Program-made: the position numbers and the translations under genes
Part shown: positions 46,072 to 55,468 of the stretch, piece by piece
Position numbering within the stretch: position 1 is the first letter of the stretch
Layout of the letters: each line of letters begins with the position of its first letter
NCBI GenBank assembly: GCA_943333275.1
Contig: CALQSQ010000004.1
Coordinates: forward strand, 4,909 to 68,908
Length of the DNA: 64,000 nucleotides
DNA from: Akkermansia muciniphila
GTDB lineage: Bacteria > Verrucomicrobiota > Verrucomicrobiia > Verrucomicrobiales > V1-33
Direction: 5' to 3'
Notes under the pieces: model-generated
Database searches by the model: none
What the model was told of the DNA's origin: nothing
Seen by the model: the letters and a program-made list of their open reading frames with translations, nothing else

Positions 46072-47442
46072 TTGCTTATGCTAGAAAACACGACCAAAAG
46101 TCAGGGATTCTCCCTGCGAACCACCCACCGTGCCTGGGCGGATTTCCTGATCCTGAGCATCGTCCTGGCGGTCATCAACCTAACTACAGCGGGCATGGCC
46201 GACTGGGGGTGGATGAAATTGAACCCCTCCCCATGGCTGCTGATCCCACTTTTCCTCGGCGCGCGCTACGGCTTTGGCTGGGGCGTCAGTTCGGGATTCA
46301 TGGTGGCGGTTTTGATTTATGCCGGCCGCGCCTTTTATACAATCGCGCACGATGATCCGCTCCACCCGATGCCCCTCGGGCAAATTTTCTCGGACAATCT
46401 GTATTTTTTCCTGATCCTGCCTGGCATTGGTTTCCTGACAGGAGAAACCCAGGGCCTGCTCTCGGGACGACTCAATGCCGCCGAGGCGAGGGTCGCGGAA
46501 CTCGATGATAAACGCGATCAACTGGAGGCGGATCTGGACCTGGCCGAAGAATCGCGTTTTCAACTCCAGGAGAAACTGGCCCTCTACGGTGCCGAACACT
46601 CCAGCCTAGACCGTCAGTTGCGGGCCATGTTTGAGCCAAGCGCCGGGGCCATTTTCCCGAACCTGCTGCGTCTGCTGCGGGACATTTCTTCGGTCACAGA
46701 CGCCGCCATTTACGGAGTGAACGGGGAGCAGTTGAAACGCATTGCCCTGCTGGGCTCCGACAGCGTGCTTCCGGAGAGTCTCACGCTCCAGGAAAGTGAA
46801 ATCATCCGCCTCTCCATCGAACGCAAGGCCCTGACAACGATCCGTGAAGTCTGGCAGGAGGCCCCGGAATTCACTTCACCCCACATCGCCGCACTGCCAT
46901 GGCTTGGCGGAGGCGGCAAGGTGGCGGCGGTGCTGCTCATTCACCGCATGCACTTTCTTGGCACCAACTGGCGCAATTTCCATCGCATCCAAATGGTCTG
47001 CCGCTGGGTGGCCCGCTACGTTGACCTCCGGGTCCAGGCCAATTCAGCCTCCACGACCGGCGCCGGCAATTCCAGCGCACTGATCACGTCTCCCCGTGCG
47101 CTGCAAGCCACGCTGAATCAGGCTCAGAACGTGCATCGCGAATGGAAACTCCCCTCCACCCTGGCCACTTTCGAATTCACGGAACCCGTCACGGAGCAAA
47201 TCGCCGCGCTCCTGCCGCCCGCGGTCGGAAGCGTCATGCGTCCCACGGATGTAGGCAGTCTCGAAGGCCCCCCCACGCAGCCCGTGTTTAAAGTCCTCAT
47301 GCCCATGGAGGGGGTGGATGACGCGGAGAACCTGCTCAATGCCGCCCTGCAGGCCATCGCCAGGGTGCCGCAACTTGCCGGCAACGTCGTGGGAAACCTT
47401 GGCATGACGGACGAAGGCGATGCCACCGAAGCAAATCTCTGA
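46072..47442 (+). CDS. pelD: PelD-like inner-membrane c-di-GMP receptor (4 TM + coiled coil + GAF-like + degenerate GGDEF-like domain)
   Basis: 456 aa (PelD is about 455 aa). It has N-terminal TM helices, a coiled coil (AEARVAELDDKRDQLEADLDLAEESRFQLQ), a GAF-like region and an RxxD motif (RPTD). It sits immediately 5' of the pelE/F/G homologues. Confidence 0.6.
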   Translation: MLMLENTTKSQGFSLRTTHRAWADFLILSIVLAVINLTTAGMADWGWMKLNPSPWLLIPLFLGARYGFGWGVSSGFMVAVLIYAGRAFYTIAHDDPLHPMPLGQIFSDNLYFFLILPGIGFLTGETQGLLSGRLNAAEARVAELDDKRDQLEADLDLAEESRFQLQEKLALYGAEHSSLDRQLRAMFEPSAGAIFPNLLRLLRDISSVTDAAIYGVNGEQLKRIALLGSDSVLPESLTLQESEIIRLSIERKALTTIREVWQEAPEFTSPHIAALPWLGGGGKVAAVLLIHRMHFLGTNWRNFHRIQMVCRWVARYVDLRVQANSASTTGAGNSSALITSPRALQATLNQAQNVHREWKLPSTLATFEFTEPVTEQIAALLPPAVGSVMRPTDVGSLEGPPTQPVFKVLMPMEGVDDAENLLNAALQAIARVPQLAGNVVGNLGMTDEGDATEANL

Positions 47443-47454
47443 ACTGCCTTCACC

Positions 47455-48141
47455 ATGATTGCCCGCCGCCCCCTCCTGCTTCTCATCCTCCTCACCTCCC
47501 TGTTTCTCATCGAAACCTGGGCTTGGAATCAATTCCGGCAGGTGGATCCCGGCTCGGGTGGAAACCGGAATCTAGCCATCATCGTGCACGTGACGATCAG
47601 CGTGGCTTGCGCCATCGCCGCAAGCCTGTGGCTGAGAAAAGTTCGCGCCTCCACACGACTGACGCTGAGCGTCTGGTTCTTCATCCTGGCCATCATCCTG
47701 CCGGTGGCCGGCGTCCCGGTCGTGGCCATGCTCGCATGGATTCTGGCCTCCCCCGCCGGAGATGGATTGCGCCCGGAAGACCGCTACACCTTTGGCAATC
47801 CCCCCGCCCTCGCCGCCCGCCGCGAGTCACGCAAGCCGCAGGCGGAACTTCGCACGCTTGCCGAGGCCATGCGCTCCTTCTCCGCTCTGGAGCTTGAGAA
47901 TATGATCCATGGTCTGCGGCATCTGCAGCCACCGAGACTGGCCCTGCACTTTCTGCGCCGATTCCAGATCGATCGGAAATCCAATCTCCAATTCGCCGCA
48001 CAGGGCGCCATTTCCTCACACCTGGAAACCTTGGAAGCCCAGCTCAAGGCCGTTTCCAGCCGATTGGAAAAAGATCCTCATAACCGCGGGGACCACCTCG
48101 CCGCCGCCGAAATCCTCCTCGACCTCGCGGCATGGACCTAG
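47455..48141 (+). CDS. PelE-like membrane protein, apparently truncated by an in-frame TAG (the frame stays open to 48480)
   Basis: Two N-terminal TM segments are followed by a helical TPR-like region. The call is based on position between pelD and pelF. See the finding on the TAG at 48139-48141. Confidence 0.5.
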   Translation: MIARRPLLLLILLTSLFLIETWAWNQFRQVDPGSGGNRNLAIIVHVTISVACAIAASLWLRKVRASTRLTLSVWFFILAIILPVAGVPVVAMLAWILASPAGDGLRPEDRYTFGNPPALAARRESRKPQAELRTLAEAMRSFSALELENMIHGLRHLQPPRLALHFLRRFQIDRKSNLQFAAQGAISSHLETLEAQLKAVSSRLEKDPHNRGDHLAAAEILLDLAAWT

Positions 48142-48483
48142 GAGGGCGATGCCACTGCCCTCGTTTTCCGCACTGATGCCCTCATCCATCTTTCAAAAGT
48201 CCCCGCTGATAACCCCGGGGCCGCCCGGCTTACTGTCCTCGCTCAGCTCGGATTGAGAAATGTCGCAGACTCCTGCGCAAGCCTCGGACGCCTGCAGTCA
48301 CTCTCTGGTGAAGCAGAATCGTTTCTCAAAATGCAGGCCGCTTTTCTGGCTGGCGAATACGCGCTGCTGCCGCAGCTTGCGGCTGACGTGTCCCATGCCC
48401 CGGAAGATTACTACGAAAGCATCGGCTTTTGGTCCGGCAAACTCTCCCCACCCAGCGCCCTGCGCGCCAAATCCGCCTGATTT

Positions 48484-50091
48484 GTGAAACAACCCTTCGC
48501 CTCCAAACCCGACGTCTGCCTCCTGCTGGAAGGCACCTATCCCTATGTCGCGGGCGGCGTCTCCACATGGGTGCATCAAATCATCAATGCCCTGCCCGAG
48601 TTCCGATTCTCCCTTTTCTTCATCGGATCCGAGAAAGCTTCCAACCTCAAATTTAAATACACGCTCCCCTCCAACATCATCCACGTTGAGGAAATCTACC
48701 TTCACGAAACCTCAGGCTCCGAAGGCAAATTCGCCACCGCTCCACCGGAGCAATGCCAGCAACTGCTGGCATTGCTCCGCAGCTTTCTCTTTGATCCCCC
48801 CATTGGACCCGCCGAGACCGTCGCCTTCCTCAGCATTTCCAAACTCGTGCTCTCCCTTTCGAAGGTGACCACCTTCAATGCCGTGTGGAACTTCCCCGGC
48901 GTCTGGGACCTCGTCTGCGACATCTACGAGAAGCATGCACCCGAGGAATCGTTCCTCGATTTTTTCTGGGCGGTCCGCTCCCTGTGCGAACCCGCCTGGA
49001 AGGTTATCGCCTCCACCGAGAGCGTGCCCCCCGCTAGGATGTATCACAGCCTTTGCACGGGCTATGCCGGCTTTGCCGCGGGCATCGCCGCCAGCAATTA
49101 CGAATCCTCGTTCCTGCTCAGCGAACACGGCATCTACGTGCGAGAGCGCGTCGCCGAGCTCCAGAAGGCACGCTGGATCAATGATCCCCCCATCATCCGC
49201 CCCGATCTTTACCGCCATCCCACCACGCTTCGCCGGCTCTGGATTGAATTCTTCAAACTGCTGGGGCGCTTCGCCTACCAGACTGCCAACTACATCACAT
49301 CCCTTTTCGAAAACAATGCCATCACCCAGGTCCAGTTTGGAGCGGACCGCCGACGCATCGAAATCATTCCCAACGGAATCCACGTGCCGGATTTCTACCA
49401 GCTCCGTGGCAAGCGCCGCGCCGCGCGGCAGATGAATCCCGTCAGAAAAAATGTGGGCTTTCTCGGACGCGTGGTTCAGATCAAGGATGTCAAAACCCTT
49501 CTGAAATGCGCCCGGCTCGTGGTCAATGCCCTGCCCGACACCCAGTTCCTCATCGCCGGCCCGCTGGACGAGGAGCCTGATTATGCCGCCGAGTGCATGA
49601 CGCTCACGGAGCACTTGGGACTCACCGATCACGTCAGCTTTCTCGGTCCGCAAAAAATGGAAAGCCTCATGATCCAGCTCGATGTCATGCTCCTCACCAG
49701 CATCAGCGAAGGCCTGCCCTTCGTGATTCTGGAGAGCTATGCCGCGGGCGTCCCCCTCGTCAGCACGGACGTCGGAGCCTGCCGCGAATTGATCGAGGGC
49801 CGCTCGGATGAACGACCCGCCTACGGCCCAGGCGGCTTTGTAACTCCCGTCGGCAATGCGGAACTCCTCGCCGATGCCCTTGTCCGCATCCTCACTGATC
49901 CCCAACTCGGAGATCAGATGGGCGAGGCGGGCCGGCTGCGGGTGGAGGCTCACTACGCCCACCACGCCGTGGTGAAACGCTACCGACAGCTCTACCATCT
50001 CACCCCGCAGGATTTCACCAGAACCGGCCTCATCGCCCTTCACAAACAGTCGACCGCAGACAAGCCCAAACAGGAACGGATCGCCAAGTGA
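48484..50091 (+). CDS. pelF: PelF glycosyltransferase (GT4 with N-terminal DUF3492)
   Basis: DVCLLLEGTYPYVAGGVSTWVHQIINALPEF is the DUF3492/PelF signature. The GT4 E-x7-E motif (SEGLPFVILE) is present. Confidence 0.85.
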   Translation: MKQPFASKPDVCLLLEGTYPYVAGGVSTWVHQIINALPEFRFSLFFIGSEKASNLKFKYTLPSNIIHVEEIYLHETSGSEGKFATAPPEQCQQLLALLRSFLFDPPIGPAETVAFLSISKLVLSLSKVTTFNAVWNFPGVWDLVCDIYEKHAPEESFLDFFWAVRSLCEPAWKVIASTESVPPARMYHSLCTGYAGFAAGIAASNYESSFLLSEHGIYVRERVAELQKARWINDPPIIRPDLYRHPTTLRRLWIEFFKLLGRFAYQTANYITSLFENNAITQVQFGADRRRIEIIPNGIHVPDFYQLRGKRRAARQMNPVRKNVGFLGRVVQIKDVKTLLKCARLVVNALPDTQFLIAGPLDEEPDYAAECMTLTEHLGLTDHVSFLGPQKMESLMIQLDVMLLTSISEGLPFVILESYAAGVPLVSTDVGACRELIEGRSDERPAYGPGGFVTPVGNAELLADALVRILTDPQLGDQMGEAGRLRVEAHYAHHAVVKRYRQLYHLTPQDFTRTGLIALHKQSTADKPKQERIAK

Positions 50092-50151
50092 TCTGCTGAA
50101 AGTTCCCCGCCCACTTAACGCAATCCCCCACTTCCCAACTCACCAACCCCC

Positions 50152-51528
50152 ATGGCAGGCATCGGATTCGAACTCAGGAAAATCAGTCGCAGTGGATCGC
50201 TCGAAAGCATCGTGCGCAGCTACGCCTATTCCGGCATCATCAGCAGCGGACCATGGATCATTTCCATTCTGTCGCTGGTCTTTCTCACGCGCATCCTGCA
50301 CACCTTCATGCCCAAGCAGGCCCTGCAGTTGTTCTCCGCCTCCGTCACCCATTGCTATGCCCTTTCTTTGATTCTGGTGGGCCCGCAGCAGTTGGTGCTC
50401 ACTCGGCATGCAGCGGACAAGTTTTTCGACAAGAATCGCGACAGCATTTTCCCATCGTGTTTCGGGGCCATGACGCTCACGGCCGTGCTGTCAGTGGTGG
50501 CCGGTGGAGCCTTTTTCATGACCCTGCATGAAACAACCCTTCTTTACCGGGTCTCCGCCGTGGCCCTGATGGTGGCGGTCTCGTGCATTTTCATCATCTC
50601 CAATTACCTCACCGCTCTGCGCGACTACAAGAGCGTCGTCTCCAGCTTTGCGGTCGGTTATGCCACGAGTTGTGTGCTGGCCTTTTTAAGCGCGAAATAT
50701 TTTGGCGAGGACGTGATCATTCTCGGATTTGCCGCCGGTCACGGTTTCCTGCTGGCCCTGCTGCTGCGTTGTTTGCATCGCGAGTTTGGCACCGGCGGGC
50801 ACTCCAGGACGTCCGGACCCTGGGATTTTGCAGGCTATTTCTTTAGGTTTCCCGCGCTGATGCTCTGCGGCCTTTTTTACAATCTCGGAATCTGGGCGGA
50901 CAAACTCATGTTCTGGTGGTTCGCGGAGAGTCGCGAGCAGATCACCGGCCACCTCTACGCCGCACCCGTTTACGACACCGCCATTTACCTCAGTCTCCTG
51001 AGCATCGTGCCAGGCATGGCGGTTTTCTTTCTCAAACTGGAAACGGAATTTGCCGATCACTACCAGGCCTTCTTCGATTCCATCCAGGATGGGGGTTCCC
51101 TCAAGCAGATCCGCCAGGCGAAACTCACCGTCATCAACACCCTGCGCCGCGGCCTTGCCCAACTCTTCAAGGTGCAATTGTTCACCACCACCTTTCTCGT
51201 GGCCTTCGCCCGACCCATCGCCGAGACCTTCGGCATTGGTGCCACCCAGGCCGGGATTTTCCAAGTCACACTCTTCGGTGCCTTTCTCCTAGTATGCTTC
51301 CTGAGCATGCTCACCGCCCTGTATTATTTTGATGATCAAAAGGGTGCCCTGCTGGCCAGCGCCGTCTTTGCGACCACCAATGCCGGACTCGGATATCTCA
51401 CCATCCGCATTGATGAAGCCTGGTATGGCTATGGATTCGTCGTCGCAGCGGGACTCGGCGTCATGATCGTGGCCAACCGTTTGAATTCGCGCGTGGCCAG
51501 ACTGGAGGAAATGGCCTTCCAGCGCTAG
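50152..51528 (+). CDS. pelG: PelG polysaccharide-export membrane protein
   Basis: The N-terminus MAGIGFELRKISRSGSLESIVRSYAYSGIISSGPWIISIL is the characteristic PelG start. It is 458 aa with about 12 TM segments. Confidence 0.85.
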   Translation: MAGIGFELRKISRSGSLESIVRSYAYSGIISSGPWIISILSLVFLTRILHTFMPKQALQLFSASVTHCYALSLILVGPQQLVLTRHAADKFFDKNRDSIFPSCFGAMTLTAVLSVVAGGAFFMTLHETTLLYRVSAVALMVAVSCIFIISNYLTALRDYKSVVSSFAVGYATSCVLAFLSAKYFGEDVIILGFAAGHGFLLALLLRCLHREFGTGGHSRTSGPWDFAGYFFRFPALMLCGLFYNLGIWADKLMFWWFAESREQITGHLYAAPVYDTAIYLSLLSIVPGMAVFFLKLETEFADHYQAFFDSIQDGGSLKQIRQAKLTVINTLRRGLAQLFKVQLFTTTFLVAFARPIAETFGIGATQAGIFQVTLFGAFLLVCFLSMLTALYYFDDQKGALLASAVFATTNAGLGYLTIRIDEAWYGYGFVVAAGLGVMIVANRLNSRVARLEEMAFQR

Positions 51529-51570
51529 CGAAAAAATCGATCATCAATCTGCAGCGACGACCGCCGCAAG

Positions 51571-53460
51571 CTAAACCTTTGGAAGTTCAATGAATCCTTC
51601 CAGGTGCCGGATCCGGGTGGGGTGGCGCATTTTCCGCAGGGCCTTGGCTTCAATCTGCCGGATGCGCTCACGGGTGACTTGGAATTGTTTACCCACTTCC
51701 TCCAGCGTGCGGCTGTGACCGTCGATTAGACCAAACCGCTGCTCCAGAACCTGACGCTCGCGTTCACTGAGCGTATCCAGCACGCCCTTGATCTTATCCT
51801 TCAAAATATTGAATCCGGTCATTTCCATCGGATTCTCCGCAGACTTGTCTTCGATGAAATCTCCAAAACTCGTTTCATCACCTTCGCCCACTGGCGATTG
51901 CAGGCTGATCGGCTGCTGGGCCATTTTCAGGACGGCCTGCACGCGCTCGACGGGAAGATGAATTTCATCGGCGATCTCCTCGGGGCTGGGTTCACGGCCA
52001 TATTCCTGAACCAACTGCTTCTGCACTCGCATCAGCTTGTTGATAGTCTCGATCATGTGCACAGGAATCCGGATCGTCCGGGCCTGGTCAGCGATGCTGC
52101 GGGTGATGGCCTGGCGAATCCACCACGTGGCATAAGTGGAAAACTTGTAACCCCGCTGGTATTCGAACTTCTCCACGGCCTTCATCAGACCGAGGTTGCC
52201 CTCCTGGATGAGATCGAGGAAATTTAGACCGCGGTTGGTGTATTTTTTGGCAATGGAGATGACGAGACGGAGGTTTGCCTCCACCATTTCCTTTTTCGCA
52301 TTGGAAGCGCTCCGCAGCACCTTGGTGATCTTTTCATAGGCGGCGGCAAATTCCTCCTCGGAATGCCACAGGTCCCTCTGCAACTGCAGGCGCTCTTCGG
52401 CGGCAGCGCGATCCGTCCGTTCCTTCAGGCCCAGCCAGCGCTGTTGGAAAGCTTCGACTTCGCTTTGAAAATCCTCGAACGTTTGATGCTTGAAATAAAA
52501 TTTCCCGATGGTCTTCACCACCGCAGCCTGGGACTTGGTGAATTCCTGGCGCAGGGCCTCCTCCTTGGCAGTATGCCTGGAATCGATCAACCGATTGTAA
52601 AGTTCCTGAGTCGCGGCCACCTGTTCATCAAGCGTGCGCGTCAGTTTGGAGGCGGTCTTGAGGTAGCGTTCGCGGCTTTCCAGATGTTTGTCCTGCACCA
52701 CCCGGTCACACCGCTCCTGTCCAGCCACCAACCGCTCCACCAAATTAAGACAAAGCCCGGCCGTGAATCCGAAACGCAGAATCACTTCCTGCACCGTGCT
52801 TTCCGCGATTTCAATCCGCTTGGAAATGTCCACCTCTTGCTCGCGCGTCAGCAGCGGCACCTGGCCCATCTGCTTGAGATACATGCGAACGGGGTCGTCG
52901 AAACTTTCCATTTTGGAGTCACTCGATGGCCGGTCCATGGCGATCTTGGCGACGCGTGCTGGGACGTTCACCACGGGCCGGACCTTCGCGAGGCGGTCGA
53001 CCTCGGAGGCGTCCGTAATTTCGAATTCCATGCCCCGCAGGCGCAGGATGATCTCCTCCATGGTGTCGGGGGAAATATAGCCATCCGGCAGCGCGTCGTT
53101 CAAATCATCGAAGGTGATGTGGCCCTGTTCCTTGGCGAGGCGGACCAGATCCCGCAGTTTGCTCTGCACTTCGGGTGAATCGATGGAATAAATCTCGCCC
53201 TTGAAAGGTGCATTCACACCCTTGGGGCGGGCATTGTTCTCTAAGGGAGCCGGAAGCTTGCGAGGGCGGCCGCGGCCGCGTTTGACTGGCGGTGCATCAA
53301 GGGTCGTCGCGCCACCATCAACAGGGAGAGAGGGAGAAATCATGGGGGGATGAGGGGAGGTTGTGGGCTTCCTAAGCTTCATTCCTTTACGGCTTGAAGC
53401 AACCACTTTCTGCGCAGCGGAGGGAGGATGGGGAGGGTGCTTGCGCGGTTTCTGGGCCAT
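51571..53460 (-). CDS. rpoD: Primary RNA polymerase sigma factor (sigma-70) with a basic N-terminal extension
   Basis: Regions 2-4 are unmistakable ([34 protein letters not shown]; [30 protein letters not shown]). Confidence 0.95.
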   Translation of the reverse strand: MAQKPRKHPPHPPSAAQKVVASSRKGMKLRKPTTSPHPPMISPSLPVDGGATTLDAPPVKRGRGRPRKLPAPLENNARPKGVNAPFKGEIYSIDSPEVQSKLRDLVRLAKEQGHITFDDLNDALPDGYISPDTMEEIILRLRGMEFEITDASEVDRLAKVRPVVNVPARVAKIAMDRPSSDSKMESFDDPVRMYLKQMGQVPLLTREQEVDISKRIEIAESTVQEVILRFGFTAGLCLNLVERLVAGQERCDRVVQDKHLESRERYLKTASKLTRTLDEQVAATQELYNRLIDSRHTAKEEALRQEFTKSQAAVVKTIGKFYFKHQTFEDFQSEVEAFQQRWLGLKERTDRAAAEERLQLQRDLWHSEEEFAAAYEKITKVLRSASNAKKEMVEANLRLVISIAKKYTNRGLNFLDLIQEGNLGLMKAVEKFEYQRGYKFSTYATWWIRQAITRSIADQARTIRIPVHMIETINKLMRVQKQLVQEYGREPSPEEIADEIHLPVERVQAVLKMAQQPISLQSPVGEGDETSFGDFIEDKSAENPMEMTGFNILKDKIKGVLDTLSERERQVLEQRFGLIDGHSRTLEEVGKQFQVTRERIRQIEAKALRKMRHPTRIRHLEGFIELPKV

Positions 53461-53514
53461 GGTTTGGAGGCGGAAATCTGACTCGGTTTCCTGACGCGGA
53501 TCTTTAGCTTCCGG

Positions 53515-55407
53515 TCAGCTTTCGCAGTTCAATGTGGGCAGCTTTCGCTGCAGGTCAACCTCTTCGCGTTTCAGACGGGTAAGTTCCATCATGGCTTCGG
53601 TGACCGCGGCAGTCGTCAGGTTGGGAGCCCGCAGGCTTTGGGCGATGAGTGACTGGCGGCGGCGGTTGTTGTCATACTGCAGTCGAAAGAACGCCCCCTG
53701 GGCCGCCTGCACATCATCATTCTTCACGGGAGGATCCTTGAGCAGCCGCGTCACCATGGAAGTTTGCTCTGCAGGCAGGGTGGCCAGGAGATTGCTGAGC
53801 GATGCCTGATCGCCGGGCGTGAAATTTCCCGCCAGCAGAATCTCCAAAATCTGCCCGCCGGGATATCCCTGCCAGGGCCGATCCCCGCTTGAGGCCTGCT
53901 CATGCAGAAACAACAGCGTCTCCTCGTCAGTCATCGCCAGCCTCAACAGATGCCTCAACGCCCAGTTCTCGAGCACGAGTGGAGGTGAGTCCGTCGACGT
54001 TGAAATCTCCGCGGGGGCCTCCGCCGACTGCTTCCCGGCATAGCGCTCGGCGGTTTCGCGCTTGGTGGCCTGATCACGCTGGACCTTCTTTTGTTCGCGG
54101 GCCACGAGCAGTCGCAGGTCACTGCCGGGAATGTTCAGCCGTGTGGCGCAGCGATTGATCGCGGTATCCTGGGCGATCTTGTCGGTGAGCAGCATGAGAT
54201 TTTCCGCCAGCGCGCCGGAGAGTCGGGATTTCTCCAGGTCCTTGCCGGGCAGCAGGGCCTCGGGGGAAAGGTCGATTTGAAACTCAAAGAAATCCTTGGC
54301 TTCCGCCAGTCGCGCGCGGAATGCATCCGCTCCCTGCGTGCGAATCAGCGAATCCGGATCCTCGCCCGCGGGCAGACTGGCCACGCGGATAAACATCCCC
54401 TCCGGAGCCATGAGTTGGAAACAACGCTTCGCCGCCTTGTAGCCAGCCTGATCCGCATCGAAGCAAAGGACGACCTGCGATGCCGCCCGCTTGAGCATGC
54501 GGGCGTGGTGCTCGGTAAAGGCAGTCCCAAGGGGTGCGACCAAATTTTCCACCCCATGCTCCACTGCGGTGATGAGATCAATCTGTCCCTCGCAGATCAC
54601 TGCGCAGTCCGCCTTGGTGATGGCCCGGCGGGTCTGATCCCAGCCATAGAAGACCTGGCTCTTGCTGAAAATGGGCGTTTCCGGGGAGTTGATGTATTTT
54701 CCGCCCTTGGCTTCCGGATCCAAAAGCCGACCGCTGAAGGCAATCACATCACCCTGGTCATTGCGCACTGGAAACATCACCCTATGCCTGAATCGAACGT
54801 AGCCGCCCTGCTCCGGCTGGCCCTCCACGCGCGGAATAAACAGACCGGCTTCAATCAGCGCAGCATCATCGTAACCCTTGCTGCGCGACCATTCCCGCCA
54901 AAGCCCCATGTGATCCGGCGCATAACCCAGCAACCACCGCTTGGCCACATCACTCGTCAGGCCTCGTTTTTTCAAATAATCACGCGCCGCCTGCGCTCCC
55001 TCCCCGCCCTGTTTCAAGAGCAATTGATGCATCCACTTCGCGGCGTCATTGTGAATCTTGATGAGTTTGGTGCGTTGCCGGTAGGCGGATTCCTCACCGG
55101 GGTTCATCGCCTCCTCGACCAGCGTAATATTGGCCCTCCGCGCCAGATGCCGCACCGCATCCACAAAGGGCATGCCCAGATGGTCCCTCACAAAGGAAAT
55201 GGCATCGCCACCCTTGCCGCAACCGAAGCAATAGAAGCTTTGGTTCGACTGATAAACGTTGAACGAAGGCGTTCTCTCTGGATGGAAGGGACACAGGCCC
55301 AAGTGATTGCTCCCTGCTTTTTTCAGCTGAACATACTGGCCAATAAGATCCACGATATCCGTCGCGACGAGGACTTGGCGCAGGGAATCTTCAGCAATGG
55401 TGGACAC
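53515..55407 (-). CDS. dnaG: DNA primase
   Basis: CHC2 zinc ribbon CPFHPERTPSFNVYQSNQSFYCFGCGKGGD and TOPRIM VICEGQIDLI. The start is placed at the in-frame GTG at 55407 (VSTIAEDSL...). The ORF-track start at 55581 would overlap the upstream gene by about 110 nt. Confidence 0.9.
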   Translation of the reverse strand: MSTIAEDSLRQVLVATDIVDLIGQYVQLKKAGSNHLGLCPFHPERTPSFNVYQSNQSFYCFGCGKGGDAISFVRDHLGMPFVDAVRHLARRANITLVEEAMNPGEESAYRQRTKLIKIHNDAAKWMHQLLLKQGGEGAQAARDYLKKRGLTSDVAKRWLLGYAPDHMGLWREWSRSKGYDDAALIEAGLFIPRVEGQPEQGGYVRFRHRVMFPVRNDQGDVIAFSGRLLDPEAKGGKYINSPETPIFSKSQVFYGWDQTRRAITKADCAVICEGQIDLITAVEHGVENLVAPLGTAFTEHHARMLKRAASQVVLCFDADQAGYKAAKRCFQLMAPEGMFIRVASLPAGEDPDSLIRTQGADAFRARLAEAKDFFEFQIDLSPEALLPGKDLEKSRLSGALAENLMLLTDKIAQDTAINRCATRLNIPGSDLRLLVAREQKKVQRDQATKRETAERYAGKQSAEAPAEISTSTDSPPLVLENWALRHLLRLAMTDEETLLFLHEQASSGDRPWQGYPGGQILEILLAGNFTPGDQASLSNLLATLPAEQTSMVTRLLKDPPVKNDDVQAAQGAFFRLQYDNNRRRQSLIAQSLRAPNLTTAAVTEAMMELTRLKREEVDLQRKLPTLNCES

Positions 55408-55468
55408 AGTTTGGGAGATGGTAACGCCCAGACATGCCCTCACTCGGTGCTCCCCGCAACCATTCAGT

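Noticed and set aside
48148-48256. 36-codon ORF starting at an ATG just after a GGAGG that overlaps the pelE-like TAG.
   Set aside because: It is out of frame with both neighbours and is Pro/Ser/Leu-rich. The in-frame continuation of the pelE-like frame is the more parsimonious reading of this gap.
48712-50043. 443-aa - strand ORF.
   Set aside because: It is antisense to pelF, which carries the DUF3492 and GT4 E-x7-E motifs. It has no motifs of its own.
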